Positions 1 to 13,778 of a stretch of DNA of 64,000 nt are shown in pieces. The DNA is taken from assembly GCA_050084515.1 (NCBI GenBank), contig CM114271.1, positions 12,834,001 through 12,898,000 on the forward strand. Reading direction: 5' to 3'. A program made the position numbers and the translations under genes. The stretch comes from Blasia pusilla. Taxonomy: Eukaryota. Below the pieces are notes generated by a model. The model saw nothing but the letters and a program-made list of their open reading frames with translations, ran no database searches and was not told the origin of the DNA. Within the stretch, counting starts at the first letter, position 1. Each line of letters starts with the position of its first letter.

Positions 1-3000
1 AGAACTGTATGATCTTGTCCTCTCAAGACATATAACGTGGAGTCAAAATCACATACTCTAAAACCCAACTCTTGAAGGACGTATGTAATCTTGCCATACC
101 AAGCTCTTAGAGCTTGTTTGAGCCCGTATAGAGCTTTCTTCAACCTGCATACACGAAATGGAAACTTGGGATACTCCTATCCAGGTGCTTGAGTCATATA
201 TACCTCCTCGTATAGATCTCCATTCAAGAAGGCATTCTTGACGTCCATGTGATGTAATCTCCACTTCTTACTTATTACAACTGCAACCACTGTTCTCGTA
301 GTCGCCATCTTTGCAACATGACTAAATGTTTCCTCATAATCGATACCATATTGTTGTGCATAGCCCTTAGCCACCAAACTCGCTTTGTATATGTAAATTG
401 TACCATCTTGATTGCGCTTGATTTTGTAAATCCATTTGCAACCAATAGCTTCCTTAGCGGAAGGTATATCAACCAGCTCCCATGTTTGTTGATGTCTTAA
501 TGGAGCAAGCTCTTCCTCCATAGCTTCAATCCATTCGGCTTTACTCATAGCTTCTTCAAAACAACTCGGCTCTTGCTCTTGAAGGGTAGTCATCATATAT
601 GCATGATGTGTCGCAAGGAAACCTTCATTTATGAATCTATAAACTGGATATGTAACTCTACTTGATCTACAAAGTTGTTGTTCAAAGGTAGATGCCTCTG
701 ACACCTGACTCGAGTTCTGTCTAGTGTTAACAGATTGAATATGTACTCTTCTCATCCATGGACTTACAGATTTAACCGATGAATCTAGGACCTCTCCTAA
801 TCCTACACTAGTACTTAGGGAAGTTGAAGACAATGTCTGTTGGTTTAAAGTCATATTCTCCATGGAACAGACAAGTTTAGAGGTGGAATAGGCTTAGATG
901 GAGCATAACATGACTTTAGCTGATCAAAGACAACATCCCGACTAATAATAAGCTGCTTAGAGGATGGAATGTAGCACTTATATCCTTTAGTTCCATCAGC
1001 ATAGCCAATGAATATACATCTTTCAGACTTGGGGTCTGATTTTTGACGTCTCTCAGAAGGAACATGAGCATAAAAAATACAACCAAATACTTTCAAGAAG
1101 GAAAAATCAGGTTTACTTCCTGTGAAGACTTCGAATGGAGTTTTATCATGAACTTCTGCGGTTGGAGTTTGGTTGATTAAGAAGACTGCACATGCTACAA
1201 CCTCTGCCCAATACACCTTAGGCATGTTCTTCTCATTCAACATAGCTCGTGCCGCTTCAGCAATTTGTTGATTCTTCCTCTCAGCCACTCTAATTTATTG
1301 TGGAGTGTAACGGCAAGTCACTTGACGTTGGATGTCATTCTGACGTAAATAGTCATCAAACTCTCTTGAAAGATACTCTCCTTCTCCATCACAACGTAAT
1401 TTTAGAATGTGTTGTCTAGTCTGCTTCTCTACTAGAACTCTAAATGTTTGGAACACTGAGAATACCTCTGACTTGGCTTTCAGATGGTATACCTATATAT
1501 ACTTAGAGAAGTCATCAATAAATGAAACAAAGTACTAGCAACCACTAAGGTTATGTTGTGATGTTGTCCACACATCAGTGTGGATCAATTCCAATATCTT
1601 GGATGCTCTTCTACCTTGCTTTGGAGAAGGAAATCTAGCTTGTTTTCCAAATTGGCAAGCTGGACATACCTCTAACGTAGCAGGACTCGCTAATTTAGGG
1701 AGTCCTACTACTATATTAGATGATAAAAGATTATGTAATCTTTGAAGATTCATATGTCCAATTCTTTTATGCCACACATTTAGATCTGTGATTTGTTGGC
1801 CGGTTTGACCATACATTGCTATTTGAATCTCTGGCATAGAAACATCTAATTTGAACATTTTGCTAGATCTATTTTTTTGGCTATCATAGTCTGGTCATCT
1901 ATTATTTCAATGAAACAACCATTTGCATTAAACTTCACTTGATAACCATGTTCTACTATGTTTCCTACAGAGATCTGATTTCTTGCAATGGTAGGAACAT
2001 AGAGAACATTTCCAAGAGCACAAAGACCATCTGATGCTATTGGAACTTTACCGGTATGCGTGATATGATGTTGAGTGTCATCTCCTGTAAGCACAATTGG
2101 AGGATATTTCACCGACTCCAAACTACTGAACCATTTCGCTTGTGAGATCATGTGATTTGATGCACCGGAGTCAATGTACCAATCTGGTGTCGAGTCTTTC
2201 TTGACCATTGCTCCCATATGATGAGTCATGACCAAGAGATGCTCCGTTTGTGAATGTTGTTGTTCTTGGTACTGCTCTTGGTGTTGTTGCTCCACATAGT
2301 TTTGTTGTTGTAAGGCTCATGTTTTCATATCTGCCTTTTTCTTGAAGCAAAACTTTGCATAGTGACCTTTTATCCCACAATAATTACAAGATCCAGGGAC
2401 CCTCTATTGCTCATCTCGACCCCAATGGTTTACACCGTCATCACCTTGTGATTATGTCTAGTACTGGTTCGTAGTTGATTGAGTGACATTATATTCAGTG
2501 TCTCTTCCTCCATATGCTTGATATCCACCACGACCACGTAAGTTTCTGCCACGACTCCTGCCTTTGTTTGATCCATAACCTACAAATAGCGCACTCTCTT
2601 ACAGACTAGACGAGCTACCGCTGCCTACTAGGCACATCTCTTCACTGATCAACAGAGGAACTAACTCTTGAAAGGTTGGATACTTCTCTCTCACAGAGAT
2701 AGAGGTCTCAAAGGACTTGTAATCCTTTGGAAGGCCTTGAAGAGTGAATAAAATCAGATTATCATCTTCTACTTTCACTCCAATGCTATTCAACTGATCA
2801 ACAATATGTTTGATATTCAAAATAGAATCATTGATGCTCTACGATCCTTTCCTCACTTCGTTCAATTGCTGTTTCAATTGAAGCTTTGTGGCCTTTGTAG
2901 ATGTCTGGAATAACTTTTCCAATGCATCCCAGGTGTCCTTCGGAGTATCAACATCTTGGATGTGACCCATCATTGGCGAACTGATCGTTATTGAAATGTA

Positions 3001-3160
3001 GTGGATAACTTACCTTGCGCGTTTGTTCCAAGCGCGAACATTCAAGTCTGTTGAGTCACCTTCTGGCTTGGCCTCATCACCTGTGACAAGCTCCCTAGTT
3101 CTTGACCCATGAGAAATTGTTTCATGCGAAACTTCCAGACATTGTAATTATGCTTGTCTA
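1..3160 (-). pseudogene. Copia gag-pol polyprotein, frameshifted and with stops
   Basis: Broken into ORFs 177-863, 851-1288, 1535-1858, 1846-2295, 2599-2820. Confidence 0.9.
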
Positions 3161-3700
3161 GCTTCTCGCATGTGATTGTTGTTGAGAAATACTCCATGAC
3201 AAACGATTTAACTCACGAAAACAAAATTTTAGGCTTTCTACTGCTCCAATTGAAGCATAGAACACTCCTACATAAAAATTGACCTGAAATTTTCCAAAAT
3301 TGATCAACTGTATGAAAGAACTAGTCGAAATTGGCCTGTAGAGAGCAAACTGCACAACTTTTCTTCACTAATTGCACTTTCCTACACTGAAATTGCTGCT
3401 ACAAGAGCTCAAAGTGTCAGAATCAAAAAAAATTGGGTGTGTTGGAAAGCTCTCAACGAGCTCTACAAGACCGGTAGAGTAAGCCATTGGTATCATTCTA
3501 GCCGAAGCAGACCCAGACGGCTAAATCGGTCGGGAAAGCCCTAAAAAATGCCTCCAAAGTTTTATCACCGTCAAAGCTCTACATGAAATCTGCACCCACT
3601 GAGTTCTGAGTAAAATTTCCTTCTCCCAAACTGAAATTGTGCTTCTCTTTCCTCTCTTCTCTCTTCAAACACCAAGAATTTCAAGTGATATTCTCCTCCC

Positions 3701-3712
3701 GCTCTAATACCA
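3701..3712 (-). promoter_or_regulatory. Primer binding site (tRNA-iMet type) of the copia element
   Basis: Minus strand TGGTATTAGAGC, one mismatch to TGGTATCAGAGC, directly after the LTR end ...CCACA. Confidence 0.85.
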
Positions 3713-4024
3713 TGTGGAAAACTGCTAAACAAGCATAACTGGTGGAAAACGGCTCTTACACACACACACCACCATGGAGAATGAAATTTGCAATGAGAGA
3801 ATGAGTGGAGGCTAGTCCTCTTCTCAATTATCTAGGGTATGTACAAGCAACCCTACGGCTAGCCTTAACCATAGTCTCGAGTTAGACTAACTACGATTAA
3901 CTAATCCTATTTAAGATAATCGTGCTTAATTGACTAACCAAGATTAAGCTTCCCTACTTCGTGTGAGTACCAAATATAGCAGTTCAAGTGTCTTATGAGC
4001 TTGACTGTAACTCAATCTTCAATA
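3713..4024 (-). repeat. Copia 5' LTR (~312 bp)
   Basis: Abuts the PBS; minus strand starts TATTGAAG (TG>TA) and ends TTCCACA; Gypsy homology starts at 4025. Confidence 0.7.
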
Positions 4025-7000
4025 CTTGGGATGTGTTGCAGGTACGTCGGGAGATGGTAGCCACAACATCAAGTCTGGTTAGGACTGCACACGTAGGAGA
4101 TGAGAGTTTGGGATCGACTTCCGAGGAGCAATCAAATTCTGTTGTCCGAGATAGGGTTGCGCTATAGTAACCACAGATATGCGCATGTGAGAGTCCTACA
4201 GTAGTTATGATGGAGACTTAGGAGGTAAACATGGGCCCTTAGTTGACAAGAGGATATCGACAGTCAACTCCAAACTCTCATCTCCTCTTTGGGATCCGCA
4301 TTGAGTTGTCTAGCTACTTGTCGATCTTTGGACAACCCTACAGGTATAGTGATATGGAGAGAGAGCTCTGATTTAGAGTAGGAGCTAGGACTTGGTTGGA
4401 CCAAGACTTGTAGAGATATGGCATGGAGAGTATATATCTGCCACTATCATATGCATGCTCATCATGAAGGATGTGCATGGCAACTAGACGGATAGGTGAA
4501 TGTGTGGAGATTACCGACCTATCAATTGACAAACAAAGTCCGATAGGTATGGCATGCCCACTTTGAAGATCTTTGATGCTGTTGGGCATGCAAAGATCTT
4601 CAGTTCGTTGAATCTTTGAGCCATATACCATCAACAACCTATTAGATTGGAGGACAGGTAGAAGATGGCATTTTGGGGCATCAGTCTTCACGGGAGGGAT
4701 TTTTTGTACAACTGGCGGTTCTTACCCTTTGGGTTAAAGAATGCCCCGGAAAAGTTTCTGAGGATTATGGATAGGATCTTGATAGGTCTGAATTTTTCTA
4801 CATGTTACATTGATGAAATTGTAGTCTTTAGCACCACGATTACGTCGGTTGGGGAGCTTGAGCAACATCTAGAAGAGATGTTCGATGATTGTAATTACAT
4901 AGGTTGAAACCACATCTAGGCAAGTGCAAGTTCTTCTACGACCAGATTGAGTACTTGGGTCATATGATATACCCATGTGGCCTTGGTGCTTAGCCAATGA
5001 GGATGAAGGCTATCTCACGCATTCCACGCCTTATTGATGTGAGTGAAGTTTGTGCATTCATGCGATTGGTGAACTTCTATCGACAGTACGTCCAGGGTTT
5101 TAGTTTGATTGCAAAGCCACTAACCTTGCTAACCAAGGTGGATCACAAGTGGCACTGGGGGGATGAGGAAGAGAGAGCATTTCATATGTTGAAGAACATA
5201 TTGACGTCCGCGCCCACATTGAGGAGACCTATCAAGACATCCTTTCCAGTTGCATATTGATTGAAATATGTTGGGGCTTGGAGTGATGCTCATCCAACTT
5301 GACAATGAAGGTAGTGTGTTTGTAGTGGATTACGCTAGTCACTCAAATGATGTTGTAGAGGCGAATTCAAAGTATAGCTCATATGAAGATGAATGTTTGG
5401 CTGAAGTGTGGATTGTTGCATATTTGAGGTGTTATTTTTTCGGCTATCCCCTTACCATAATCATTGATCATCAAACACTTAAATGGTTGATGGAGGCCGA
5501 CAAGCTTATAAGGAAGCTTGTGAGGTGAGCTTTATTGTTGCAAGAGTATGATTTCCAAGTGGTACATCGATCTAGGACGCTCAACCAGGATGGATATGGG
5601 TTGAGTCATAACCTAGGTCCAAGTCAACGAGATGTGACTAGCACTCGTTGGCATGGAGAGATTGAAGAGGAGTTGGTGCTTGGATGGCACGCGTAAGACT
5701 ATTTGGGCTTGTTGGCTATGGAGAGCCAGAGTGTTGAGACTTGGATAGCGAGGTCTAAAAGAGAGTCCTTAGATCCTAAGGTCGGTAAGGAGACGTTAGG
5801 TGGTCGAGATATTCATGAGAATGGAGTAGTCTTGGAGTACTTGCGTACTGGCAGCGTCATGAGCATAGTGGGTGCTAGAGAGCGGGATTGGATCCTAAAG
5901 CCAGCCAAACAATTTTGGTGGGAAGGGACACATGTGTTCCGAGTGGGGAAAGATGGTAGAGTATGCGTAGTATCTCATCCTTTGTAGAGAGGATGTTTGG
6001 TGTTGCATGCCAATGAGGAGTTGGGTCACTTTGGAGTGAAGTGAACATAAAACTTGCTTTAGATACAGTATTGATGGCGAGGCATGTAGACTGATGATCA
6101 AGAGTTTGTTGCCAGGTGCATGGTATATGATCGGATCTGGACATTGTTCAATGCTTTGACTCCGTATTTGCACCCACTGCCAATTATGGGTTTAGGTTAT
6201 AGATGGAGTTTGGATTTTGCATGGCCTTTATCTTTGATAAAATGTTGTAGGCGTTATGTGTTGGTGATGATTGAGTACTTCTCAAAGTGGATAGAGTTGG
6301 TTGCATTGCCCTAGGCGTTGATAAAATAGGAGTTTCACGGGGAGTTTCAAGCCTTGTGTGATCAAGAATTGATTGACCACCGCACCACTTCACAAGATTA
6401 TCCTGAGGCACATGGACTATCAGAGAGGGTTGTGCAGACGGTGACAAGAGGGTTATGAAGTATGGCTTGTAGAGAGGCCATCTAGGAGATTAGGACCTTG
6501 AGTTGCCGTGGTTGGCGATGGGATACAAATTTAGTAGGCAGACATCCTCAACGTCTTTCTCATCGTACTTGTTGCTTTACATGGCTGAGAGCCGGATTTA
6601 CCTACAGCCAATCGTCAAGATGCTGGTGAGATGTTCAACATTAAAGACCTTGATGTATGAATGCAAGCATATTTTCAGAGGACAAAGTTTTTTTGAGAGC
6701 TTGGTGATTGTGCAACATAGGGATACTTTGAGGTATGCGACTATTCATGGAGATAGTTATCGATTGACTATCTGGAGGTTTCATAAGGAAGACTATGTCT
6801 ACTTGTACCAGATGATACCTACAACATTGGATATGATTGCAAAGCGCACTATCTTGAGAGTGCGAGATGTATTGCCATGTGGTGTTCTCTTATTGGAAGG
6901 ACGCGATGGTATGGTTAGGAAGGACCATATGAGTAATTGTGAACCATGCCACCTTCATAACATTAACAGTACAGTTGATCCAAGCTTAAGAGTAGTGCCC

Positions 7001-7910
7001 ACAGATTTCTCGGCAGATTTGCATATATGTTATGTGATTCTGCTTGTGGTATAGCTACTATGCTAGTGTATGATGGGTGTTTGAGAGGATGGCATATGAC
7101 ATGTCTGATGCCACCTCTCACAAGGGTTCCTTGGGGATGATGGATGTGCCCTAAATGTACATAGAGTAGATGCTAGGTAGTTTTAGATTCCCACTTGTGT
7201 CTATGACATGGATGACAAGAAGGCAACTAACAATGGGGCTATATGAGCACCCGGCCTTTTCGCTTTTAGTTTCCTAGAGATATATATGCTATGATAGGTA
7301 GTGATAGATAGCTATCTAGAGTTAAAGGGACCTAACCACCAACAAGGGAAGTAATTGGAGATATTTTGGAACTTATTGTCTCGATGTTTGGATGCCATGA
7401 GTTAGCATGGGATCTTGTATGTTTGCGTCTGTGTGTGCTTGGGGATCTCGCTTCAGCGGAAGAGATCCATCACGTACGACAAAGAATAGAGTTTTTCAAT
7501 TCGATTTCAGGTAAGACTAATAAAGTTTTGTGGAAGAACTTAAGGTTATTTTTAATATAAGGAAATACTTATAATAAAAATAGGGCATTATTAATTCTCT
7601 ATATGTACATGGAAGATGTGCAAGGAAGTAAGGGCTCGTATGTGTGTGTTCGGTAGTAACAATGTGTATACATACGATAGCTGTCACATCTTTTTTGGAT
7701 AGATCAACTAGATCTACTATAGTGCCTTCGAGGATAGTGGAGGACACCCTCAAGAGATTGAGGAGAACCTGCTGAGACCACGGGTAACGTTACAAAGCAG
7801 GTTTTCCATTCATTTTGGCTCATTTGAAGCCACAGAGAGAAACTTATTATTTAAGGTAAGTTACGGTTTTGAGTATAGTTGACTTTCCACTTTGAGAATA
7901 GGCCCTTGAT
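4025..7910 (+). mobile_element. Decayed Gypsy copy of the DNMT/PHD family: pre-RT, RT, RNaseH, integrase, PHD, repeat B1, junction, partial A2
   Basis: RT LPFGLKNAP / CYIDEI, RH YSSYEDECLA, IN YRWSLDFA, PHD remnant ~7020-7160; B repeat ~7354-7679 with a ~200 bp insertion; junction ACGATA-GC-TGTCAC at 7674-7687; A homology to ~7910. Confidence 0.9.
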
Positions 7911-8924
7911 GTTATCTTAGGTCTAGGGCAAAAATCTCAAGTAGTGATGCGTGATGATAGACTACCTTTGGTGGTAGCCAAAAGGGTTGGGGAGTTGAGG
8001 ATAGCCTTACCTACAGAGATGAGATTTTTGGCATCCCATGCCTTACATCATAGAGGACCAAACATGATATGGGATGAAGAGATCCGAGCATTGGACGAGC
8101 CTACTGTTGATGATGACAGTTGAGCAATGGGGTTTTTTTACTAATATGTGGCAATGCCACAAATGTTAGAGATATCATAGAGAGAGGTGTTTTGTTAGGC
8201 GATGGACCTAAATTATCTCACATAGATAGTCCGCCTAGATTTGGCTAAAAAATCATGAATGCAAGTGTCATATATGTTTTCACGTCCATGAGTTAGTGCA
8301 TTGCTTACACAATTTGTAGAGGTATTGGTTGGGGGCAAGATGAGGAGAAATAGACACCCATGGACTTTGTGGGATATTGTTTGAGCAGAGAGTGTAGAGT
8401 TGGCCAGAGTAGCACATGTTCATTTTTCAGATATGGAGCATGATGTGGGAAGTATGGGATGACTATAGCAAAGGTGACTAGGATTACTACACAACAACCA
8501 AAGTATGAATCTGCTTCTTCTTCGAGTGAGATCACGATGGACTCAGATAAAGACTTAGGGAGCCTTTGGTAGGTCTTAAGTTGACAAGAGGAGAAAGATA
8601 GTAGATACAAAGATCCCTGAGAAGGCATGTGGTATGAGAGACTTGATTACTTTGAAGGGTCTTAGAATCTTAGTATACAAATCGATTTGGCCAGTGATAC
8701 GGCGATCTTCTATTAACCCTTAGTTTTTTTTAACCTGGAGAGAGCCTTAATTTGGATTAGGATTCAAAACTTGTGGGAGGTATGGCTTGTGGAGTTATTG
8801 CATGGACAATATGTATTTTCCACAGTCATGTTGACAAAGAAGGATATTTTTGGAAATTGGACGGATTGGCAGATGTGTCGAGATTATCGCCTTATCAATC
8901 GACATACAAGGTTAGATTGGTATG
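7911..8924 (+). pseudogene. Older relative of the same Gypsy family: C-terminal DNMT half followed by the RT N-terminus
   Basis: Reads SQVVMRDDRLPLVVAKRVGELRIALPT...IWDEEIRALDEPTVDDDS*AMGF, matching RHDDRPPLTVVNKVGKPRAAFPT...VWDDQVQRLVEPNADERERAMGF of 41406-41885; then KKDIFGNWTDWQMCRDYRLIN (RT), resuming YAM at 9555. Confidence 0.75.
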
Positions 8925-9554
8925 TGTCATGCACATACACATCGCTACAAAACCCACATCGCTGGTCACATCTACACACCACATAACACCGATCTTCCCC
9001 AACATACGGGTACATCCACACATAAACAAAATACACTCACGCATATATACCGAGACCCCACAACAAAATCAAGAGTAGTAAAAACGGCTCACCCGGCCTA
9101 AAACTCCACTCATGAATCTACATCGGCATATCAAACCACACATCCATCCTCTACTATGAGGGAATCCCGATGCTATCACCCTAACTCTTACACACCCACA
9201 CACTTCTATGCAAGAGAGGCGCTCCTAAGGCTCAACATGAGAAAGATGGCTTAAGAAAGCCATCTCTCTCACTCTTACACCCTTGGAAAGAGCCAAAAGG
9301 CTCTTCACCCAAAAATAGCCCTCCCAACGGTAACCTACATGCACAGGTTACGGGATGACCGTTGATTCGGTCAACAGGTCACCTTACGGACTAAGACCAA
9401 AATAGGCAAATTGCCAAAAATGATGTTCCCAAGGCAACAGACCTGTCACCAACCTCATCCGACATCTCAGGATGAAGTTACACCCAAATAGCTCGCTGAC
9501 TCTCTGTACCGTCGACACGATAGAACTCTACCTACGTCAAACTAAGATGTGACA
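8925..9554 (-). mobile_element. Solo terminal unit (A+B type, 630 bp) of a related subfamily, with 4-bp TSD
   Basis: Begins TGTCATGCACATACACATCGCTAC (B-like), ends AAGATGTGACA (A-like); TATG at 8921-8924 and 9555-9558; excision restores RT text DWYAML. Confidence 0.8.
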
Positions 9555-9614
9555 TATGCCATGCTAATTAATATTATAGTTGGGTTAGATTTTGTAGAAT
9601 GTTACATAGATAAC

Positions 9615-10631
9615 ATGGGTGAATATGGTATCTTGTATTATTTGAGTGTGGATGATGATAATGATGTATGTTGTGTATTGATGTGTATACGCACAAAAAA
9701 TGTCATGACTTGTGTTGTGGATCAATGAGTATTTGTATGGTGCCTTCAAGGCGGTTGGAAGACAACCTTCGTGAATATGACATCTTGTGTTGATATGAGT
9801 GTGGATGGTCATAGCGGTGTATGTTGTGTAATGATTTATATGCATCCGATAAGTGTATGAGACATTCGATCCATATGATTACAAAGAGAGAATGAGTGTG
9901 CTCTATAATATGGGAGTTGAGTGTGTTTGCTGGTTTTTTAGGTTAGAGACGATGTTTCCCATTGAATGACTCATGGGAGTGCTCACGTGAGCAAGAGCCG
10001 ATGGTTTATGTTTGTTTGAGAGGAAATTTTTGGCCATCTATGGGTGCAGGTTGGCCGAGCCCCAGTCTACATTACGGGTGGGGCAGGCTTGTGTACATAG
10101 GCCCACACGGACTTGTCTATCTTAGGGACAGACATATGTATGTGGACATGGACATATCCGTAGACATAAACTTTGCCAGTGTGCAACCTTGGTATTTTGT
10201 GTTTATATATATATGGATGGTGACAATGATGTACGTGTATAGCGATATGTATACGTACGAGAAGTGTCATGTCTATTGTAGGGGATTGACGAGTATCCAT
10301 TGGGTGTCTTTGAGGAGGTTGAGTGACAGTCTTAAGAGGTCGAGGTTGACGTGCTAAAAACTAGGGTAACTAACCTTTGTATGCAAGTTACCACCTATTT
10401 TGGGCTCATTTGTATCCATATGGTGGAATTTATCATTTTGAGTAGATTTCAAGGCTGCACAGAAACCGACTTGTTGGAATAAAAGTATGTTGCACAGAAA
10501 CGAACTTGTATTCCAACAAGTCCGTCCCATTGTACATGAAAGGCACACAAGGCATACACTCTCGAACATGAACCAACCATGCCCTAGGTAGGGGATGCCG
10601 CTACCCAAGGAATGAGACCGCCCCCCACTCT

Positions 10632-10703
<72 letters not shown>

Positions 10704-10850
10704 ATTTTGATCCATTTGATTAATTGGATCTATTTTGGTACATGTATGTAGATGTTAATAAGTGAGAATAGGATTGTATGTTTATGTGTGTATGGATGGT
10801 GATAGCCATGTTTGTTTTGTAACAAATTATGTGTATGTGCATGACAACTA
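9615..10850 (+). repeat. Cluster of decayed B/A-type terminal fragments plus hAT-MITE fragments
   Basis: B-like GATGTATGTTGTGTA..GATGTGTA tracts at ~9620-9698, ~9770-9851, ~10200-10262, ~10780-10846; B|A-like joins at ~9700 and ~10264; GTGCAACCTTG at 10181-10191 and CAAGGCTGCAC at 10450. Confidence 0.5.
10635..10698. repeat. (AG)32 microsatellite
   Basis: Perfect AG run. Confidence 0.98.
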
Positions 10851-12352
10851 CATATGACGGACGTCCTCCTTGAATCTTATATCAACTCAAAATTGGAATA
10901 AACCATGTTTAGAAACCATTAAGTATTAAGAAAGGAATGAACTCTCACTAGCACTAAACCCTAAAACAAATGCCAACCTCCCATAGTGTGATTAACTATC
11001 CTAATAAAACCGATCCTAATCATCAAGGGGATACGACATGAGCACCCATTGGAAATCCTAGGAAGTTTCAAAATTTGAAATCAACACATTGGCATCCTAG
11101 AATCGAAAATAAAAAGGATTCCTCTTATGATGACACATGACATAAACCCTCACGTTGTTCATCCTAGTTAGTTTACCGTGACTTGTCGTTGGGATTCTCC
11201 TTGGAAGAAAGAATAAAAATTTTATGTTCCGCTACTTGACGTGCACGAAAATAATGAACTTCCATAAATATGCATGATGGAAAACCCATCAGAAAAACAA
11301 AAGAGGGGGACTCAAAGAGTCGAGTATGCAAAGGCCCCAACCGGCCTTGAAAAAGAAGAAGGGGGCATTCCCCCCTATCGACTAAACTCACCAACAAGAG
11401 AGACAATATCAGCAACTCCTAGAGGACTATGACTACTACCAAGTGGGCCTCTAGCGTCGGTGTCTCCCACAACAACCTGAGCCCACCGCGAAAGCCCATC
11501 AACCTGGGCACGTTGCAAAGCTATGGAGACCCGTTGCCTACAACAAAGAATCGCAATAGTTTAGGACAACCCATTTCTTGACTGGAGATGATGAGCGGAC
11601 GTACAAGAGGCTGTAACATAGTGGACAACTTCTCCCTTGCTACTAAGCTGATCGTAAGTAAGTCCAAATCCGATCTTGTGCACTTCATGTGCCCAAGTAA
11701 TCTTCCTTGGTTTACTCGACTCTTACCCTCCTTGATCCATCCTGAAAATGAATAGGCCCAAGAACATAGACTTGTTGGATCACAATGACCAATGTGAAGA
11801 GAAGAGAAGTTATAGAAAGTAAAGAAGGTGTTCTCCATTGAGCGGTGACGCCCTCGTTAGGAAAATGACCGGGGACAAAGGAAATTACAAGACTAGTCGG
11901 GGCCACGGAGTCGACCTTGTGCTTTACCGGTAGGGGGTAACCGAGGAGAAGTTCGTCCTCTGTGAAGAATTTCACACGGCATTACGGATCATCGAACATG
12001 GATTGAACGAAGAAACAAGAGCCAACGAACCAAGAAACTAAAGAGAGTGACAGGTAAGGGGAGAGGCACCGAGGCGGGATCCGGGTGTAGAGAGCTGAGC
12101 CGACGACGGCGGGGTACTGAGAAAAGAAAAGCAGGGGAGAGTTCGAGCACGACAGGCCGTACCGACGGGAAATTAAAGATAGTTATTAATAAAGGAAAGG
12201 CAAATTGATGGCTTAGAGGCCCACCGGCGCGAGGGGCGAATGGTGGCAGCTTTGTTGCCCTCGCCCCCCGCCCTCCAATCACGGAGGGAGGAGCGGAGGT
12301 TGTCGCTGGCGTCGGCGGCGTAGCGAAGTGCGAAGACCTCTGGAGTCTGGAG

Positions 12353-12360
12353 CTATATAG
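12353..12360 (+). promoter_or_regulatory. Putative TATA box of the expansin gene
   Basis: CTATATAG ~335 bp upstream of the ATG, followed by pyrimidine-rich 5'UTR-like sequence. Confidence 0.5.
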
Positions 12361-12692
12361 TTCGCGGCTCCTCCAGAAGTTTCCTCACTCTCACAGGAAG
12401 TTCTTGTGCCCTCACTTGTCTCATCCTTCATACGTCTCTGAGCCACCATCTAACTTCCGCATACTGACTCCTTCCGAGCTCTTGTCTGAGGAGCATCGCA
12501 CGGGCAGGGACTGGGAAGTTGGAGCCGAAGGAGGGAGGGAGGAAACCGGAACCAGAGACGACCTGGTCTCGGAGAGTTCTTGGCAGAGGGTGGACCGCTG
12601 TCGGTCGGACCGTGGGAAAGCGATCGAGATCCGTGGAGAGGAAGCTCAGGGCCCGTTCCTGCCTGCATTCGGAAGCAGTGCGTTCTGTCGAA

Positions 12693-13778
12693 ATGGAGGC
12701 GGGGACGAAATCTATTTTGGTTGCCATGACTCTGCTATTTTCTTTGGAGAGAGCGATTTGGAAGGTCGATAGTTGGTCTGATGCACATGCCACTTTTTAC
12801 GGAGGAAGTGACGCTTCCGGCACGAACAGTAAGTAATCTACCTGCAGTCTCTCTGTTTCACGCTTGAAGCTATGTCGTATCGGATAGTGGTGACCATCGA
12901 AGGTTCGCAGTTTCCTTCACTCTCATTCTTGTCATAAACTTCATGATCCTTATAATTAGGCAAGGAAATCTCTTAAATGGTATGTTGGATAATGTGCATC
13001 AGTTTTTTGGACTATTCTGTAGTACGAAGCCGCTGCTGAGCCTGCTATAGAAGCAGATCTCGAAATGGGCACGTGCCCGAGCCACTTCGCGGCAAACTGC
13101 TTAGGGCAAAATTCGTGTAGTAGGCTTCATAGCATTCTATGCGGATCGCAAGTTGCTGATATTCGTTTGCTCTCCTCAGATGGCGCCTGTGGATATAGCA
13201 ATGTGTTTTCTTTGGGCTATGGAACACTTACCGCCGCCCTGAGCGCCCCCCTTTTCAATGGGGGATCCACGTGCGGTGCGTGTTTTCAAATTCAGTGCAG
13301 CGGAGATCCAGCGTGCTACTCAAACTCCATCGTGGTCACGGCCACCAACTTGTGCCCTCAAGGTAGTAACGGTGGCTGGTGCGATTCCCCCAAAGCTCAC
13401 TTTGATCTCTCGCAACCCGCCTTCTCCCAGATTGCCAAGACGATTGCGGGCCATGTCAGTGTGCAATATCAAAGGGTGAACTGCAACAGGATGGGTGGAA
13501 TCCACTTTCAAATCAATGGGCATACCTACTTCATGCAAGCGCTCATTTACAACGTGGGGGGTTCCGGGGATGTTGTTTCCGTCTCCGTGAAGGGAACTAA
13601 CAGCGGATGGATCAACATGGTCAGAGGTTGGGGCCAGATCTGGCAGACCAGTGAAGTTCTTGATGGTCAAGCTCTCTCCTTCGCCGTGAAAGTTAGTGAC
13701 GGGAGAACCGTCTATAGCAACAACGTAGCGGACGCGAGCTGGAGATATTCTCAGACCTTTGAGGGATCGCAGTTTTGA
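12693..13778 (+). CDS. EXPA: Alpha-expansin, 2 exons (12693-12828, 13180-13778), 244 aa
   Basis: Signal-peptide-like N-terminus, [55 protein letters not shown]-terminal WGQIWQ...QTFEGSQF; phase-1 intron GTAAGT(12829)...CTCAG(13179); spliced CDS is 735 nt, in frame. Confidence 0.95.

Larger units (their letters stand above)
1..4024 (-). mobile_element. Ty1/copia LTR retrotransposon (5' LTR, PBS, gag-pol); runs off the left edge; inserted into a Gypsy copy
   Basis: Copia domain order on minus strand: gag (~2590-3160), CCHC knuckle CNYCGIKGHYAKFC (~2345-2390), protease WYIDSGASNHM, pre-integrase WHKRIGH, integrase LELIHTDVW...[15 protein letters not shown] / [16 protein letters not shown] / [10 protein letters not shown]. 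Confidence 0.95.

Noticed and set aside
11100-12300. Short ORFs here and at 18940-19710 and 30950-31990 as LINE ORF1 or host exons
   Set aside because: No motif or splice structure I can support
13065-13179. N-terminus of the 237-aa ORF as the expansin start
   Set aside because: Intron read-through; the real exon 1 is 12693-12828
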